Assembly: GCA_965198175.1 (NCBI GenBank)
Contig: OZ240245.1
Location: forward strand, 2,240,001-2,304,000
Direction of reading: 5' to 3'
Length of the DNA: 64,000 nt
DNA from: Candidatus Poribacteria bacterium
Lineage (GTDB): Bacteria > Poribacteria > WGA-4E > PCPOR2b
Positions 61,238 to 64,000 of this stretch are shown here, in pieces; positions within the stretch are counted from its first letter, which is position 1; every line of letters begins with the position of its first letter. The notes under the pieces were generated by a model. The model was given only the letters and a program-made list of their open reading frames with translations, was not told the DNA's origin and did no database searches. A program made the position numbers and the translations under genes.

Positions 61238-62623
61238 CTAAATTCCGGAGACGAAGCGTCCCGGATTCAATAGATTGAGTGGATCGAGCCTCGCTTTAAT
61301 CTGTTGCATTAATTTTAGGCTGCCGCCGATTGGGCCCCAAATGTCAATCTGATGCTTAATCGCCGTTGGAGCTGATTCGACAATCAGGTTGCCCCCGACA
61401 CCATGTACCTTATCGCGCAACCTAGCAATCACATTTGTGGCGGATGTCGTTAGAGCTGTATCGTTTGGGGGTACGGAAAAGGCAATATAAACAACCCCAT
61501 TACCTATGAGTCCCATGGCCCGCAAGTCGTGCAAGTCATGGCTTTGAGAGAGCGCAGCCCTAATGAATTCTTCGGTGTCTGTCATTTGGAGATTAGCCTT
61601 ACAAATAACCATTTGAGGTTCCCTTTCGGGAAAAGCAGATATTGATGTCCGGAGATCTCGCTGACGTACACCATCATAAACTTCCACACCTGTTGCGCCA
61701 TATTGCTTCGCTATTGATTGTACTTGGTTAATCTGCCAATCCACAGTCTCGGGGTGTCCATCTAGTCCAATCATAAGGCAGGGCACAGCGATTTCAACCG
61801 ATGGCACACCTCCCACGATCAGATTCAGAAAAATTGGCAAAAGTTGAGAATTCGCTATCTCCATCCCCAAACTTGAAGCTTGCGCAATATTCCCAAAGGT
61901 TACTAGAATTGTACGTTCAACCTCTGGCAACGGGTCCAGCTTGAACGTGAGTTCCGTGATAATACCTAAGGTGCCCAACGACCCAAGGTACAGCTTATTC
62001 AGATCGTAACCTGCAACATTTTTGACAACTTTTCCACCGCTTTTCACAACAGTTCCGTTCGACTGGACAACTCGCATACCAAGCACACGATTTCGCGAGG
62101 TGCCATAACACAGGCATGATGGACCACTAGAATTTGCCGCGGCAATACCGCCAACTGTTGCATGAGTGGGGTAAGGCGGATCAAGCGGCAAGCATTGTCC
62201 ATTTTCAGCTAGTTTCGCCTGAAGGTCGGCGAGCCGAACCCCAGCTTGCACCGTGACAGTCAAATCAGCCGGCTCGTATTCGAGTACGTCCTTAAGCCTT
62301 AAGGTCGAAACGATCAGATCGACCCTTTCAGGCGGATTCCCAATTCCCAGCTTTGTGCCGCTGCCCGCGGGGACAACAGATAGCTTGTTATTAGCAGCAT
62401 AAGTTAATACATCTTGAATTTCACGGATTGAAGTGGGTAAAACCACAGCTTTGGGTAGAACGTCATCAACGGCATACCGATCAAGCTGGTCCTTGGGAAG
62501 CATACCCACTTCATCAACGATTTGACTCAGATCGCTACGCAACTGGTTTGTGATTGGTTCTGTCATTTTGAGGTTAACGGTTGAAAAGAGGCAATCCCTC
62601 TTCTTCTCTCCTTTCTTCATCAA
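61238..62623 (-). CDS. glcE: Glycolate oxidase FAD-binding subunit (start probably 62566)
   Basis: EYEPADLT, GGKVVKNVAGYDL, GSLGTLG, DP..LLNPGR. Confidence 0.88.
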   Translation of the reverse strand: MMKKGEKKRDCLFSTVNLKMTEPITNQLRSDLSQIVDEVGMLPKDQLDRYAVDDVLPKAVVLPTSIREIQDVLTYAANNKLSVVPAGSGTKLGIGNPPERVDLIVSTLRLKDVLEYEPADLTVTVQAGVRLADLQAKLAENGQCLPLDPPYPTHATVGGIAAANSSGPSCLCYGTSRNRVLGMRVVQSNGTVVKSGGKVVKNVAGYDLNKLYLGSLGTLGIITELTFKLDPLPEVERTILVTFGNIAQASSLGMEIANSQLLPIFLNLIVGGVPSVEIAVPCLMIGLDGHPETVDWQINQVQSIAKQYGATGVEVYDGVRQRDLRTSISAFPEREPQMVICKANLQMTDTEEFIRAALSQSHDLHDLRAMGLIGNGVVYIAFSVPPNDTALTTSATNVIARLRDKVHGVGGNLIVESAPTAIKHQIDIWGPIGGSLKLMQQIKARLDPLNLLNPGRFVSGI

Positions 62624-62711
62624 AGCTGTCCAATTTGACGATTATCTGTGTGGAGAGTGGTTAATTATGAAGAAGTCACCTCTTGAGCAAGCTCTGTTTC
62701 AGTGTTTCACT

Positions 62712-64000
62712 TTATACGGTCGGGTTTTCCAATCCGAGCTTCGCATACGACTCGGCAGTTGGGAAAATCTTGCCGGGATTGCACAGTCCTGATGGATTAA
62801 AGATATCTCTAACCGTAGTCATCACTGCGAGATCCTCCGGACTATAAATCAGCGGCATGTAATGCATCTTTTCAACTCCGATGCCGTGTTCTCCTGTGAT
62901 TGTGCCGCCCACTTCAGCACAAGCTGCTAGAATCTCCATATTCACCGCATCTGCCCGTTTACACTGATCCGGATCGCGTTCATCGAACAGGACGACCGGA
63001 TGGATATTTCCGTCGCCTGCATGAAAAACATTCGCGATAGGAATAGTGTATTTTTCAGAGATTTCTGCGACGCGGCGGAGAATTTTGGGAAGCTGCGTGC
63101 GAGGCACGACGCCGTCTTGTGTGATATAGCTTGGTGCAAGCCGGCCGAACGATCCGAAAGCACTCTTACGTGATTTCCAGATGTTCTGCCGGTCTGTTTC
63201 ATCTTTTGCATGGTGGACATCACGGCAATTGTGGGAATTGAAGATTTCAGTAATTTGCTCGGCTTGATGCTGCATACCCGCTTTGATTCCGTCCAATTCA
63301 ACGATGAGAACTGCGCCGGCATCAAGCGGGAAACCCCAATTAAAGGCTTCCTCAACCGTTTTGATTACCAAACTATCCATCATTTCTAGGGCAGCGGGGA
63401 GCATACCCGCGCCGATAATCCTAGAGACCGCGCTCGATGCATCATCAATGGTTTCAAATACTCCCATCAACGTTTGATAGGCTTGAGGTTTGCGCAAGAG
63501 CCGCACAATCGCCTTTGTGACGATGCCAAACGTCCCTTCACAGCCTATCATAAGCCCGCGGAGATCGTAACCCGGAGTTTCTTCAACATAGCCTCCAAAT
63601 TCGACAATTTCCCCGTCGGGCAGTACAACTTCTAGACCTAATACGTGGTCCGTGGTGACGCCATATTTCAGGGTATGAGGACCGCCTGAATTTTCTGCGA
63701 TGTTCCCACCGATGGTACACGCTTTTTGGCTGGATGGATCCGGAGCGTAATGGTAGCCTCGATCCTCAACCGCCTGGGTAAGCAGCAGATTAACAACACC
63801 AGGTTCAACCACAGCGCGTTGATTTCGTAGGTCAATCTCGAGAATGCGGTCCATTCGATTTAGAGCTATGATTATACCACCGTTGACAGCAAGCATACCT
63901 CCACTCAAACCGGTACCGCCGCCCCGCGCAATAAAAGGCACACGGTACCTGTTGGCTAGCTTTACAATCGTTGAGACTTGTTCTTTCGAGTCCGCAAAAA
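62712..64000 (-). CDS. glcD: Glycolate oxidase subunit GlcD, 5'-truncated by window edge
   Basis: RGGGTGLSGG, PDPSSQ, HAGDGNIH, GEHGIG, NPGKI; frame stays open to 64000. Confidence 0.92.
   Translation of the reverse strand, partial: FADSKEQVSTIVKLANRYRVPFIARGGGTGLSGGMLAVNGGIIIALNRMDRILEIDLRNQRAVVEPGVVNLLLTQAVEDRGYHYAPDPSSQKACTIGGNIAENSGGPHTLKYGVTTDHVLGLEVVLPDGEIVEFGGYVEETPGYDLRGLMIGCEGTFGIVTKAIVRLLRKPQAYQTLMGVFETIDDASSAVSRIIGAGMLPAALEMMDSLVIKTVEEAFNWGFPLDAGAVLIVELDGIKAGMQHQAEQITEIFNSHNCRDVHHAKDETDRQNIWKSRKSAFGSFGRLAPSYITQDGVVPRTQLPKILRRVAEISEKYTIPIANVFHAGDGNIHPVVLFDERDPDQCKRADAVNMEILAACAEVGGTITGEHGIGVEKMHYMPLIYSPEDLAVMTTVRDIFNPSGLCNPGKIFPTAESYAKLGLENPTV

Overview
Bacterial chromosomal window. 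The gene content (LamG/TPR/HEAT-rich secreted proteins, DUF6785-type transporter, DUF362) suggests a Candidatus Poribacteria-like organism, but that is an inference. Housekeeping genes flank an accessory island. Left: TPR protein, holB, tmk, pfkB, ahcY, metK, rpsA, mmsA. Right: def, larE, glcF, nagA, dapB, plsC, cmk, tyrA, dsbD, glcE, glcD. The island (about 14.7-36.9 kb) holds an orphan phage terminase small+large subunit pair with no portal, capsid or integrase genes. It also holds a type I (I-A/DevR-like) CRISPR-Cas locus: cas3 with a C-terminal HD domain, cas8, cas7, cas5, three cargo genes, cas1, cas2, cas4, and no visible cas6. The array has 28 intact 37-bp repeats in two variants arranged A-B-A-B. 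The most striking observation is a 532-bp insert between the last intact repeat and a degenerate terminal repeat, carrying two small sense-strand ORFs; the second ORF's stop codon is completed by the first base of that repeat. A degenerate repeat also sits in the 5' UTR of the cas operon. Other oddities are a solo BrnA antitoxin with its own promoter/operator, a circularly permuted LamG domain inside a membrane glycosyltransferase, a tandem Hfq-like protein, and a promoter-palindrome-terminator sRNA candidate. All calls come from reading the sequence by eye; no searches were run.
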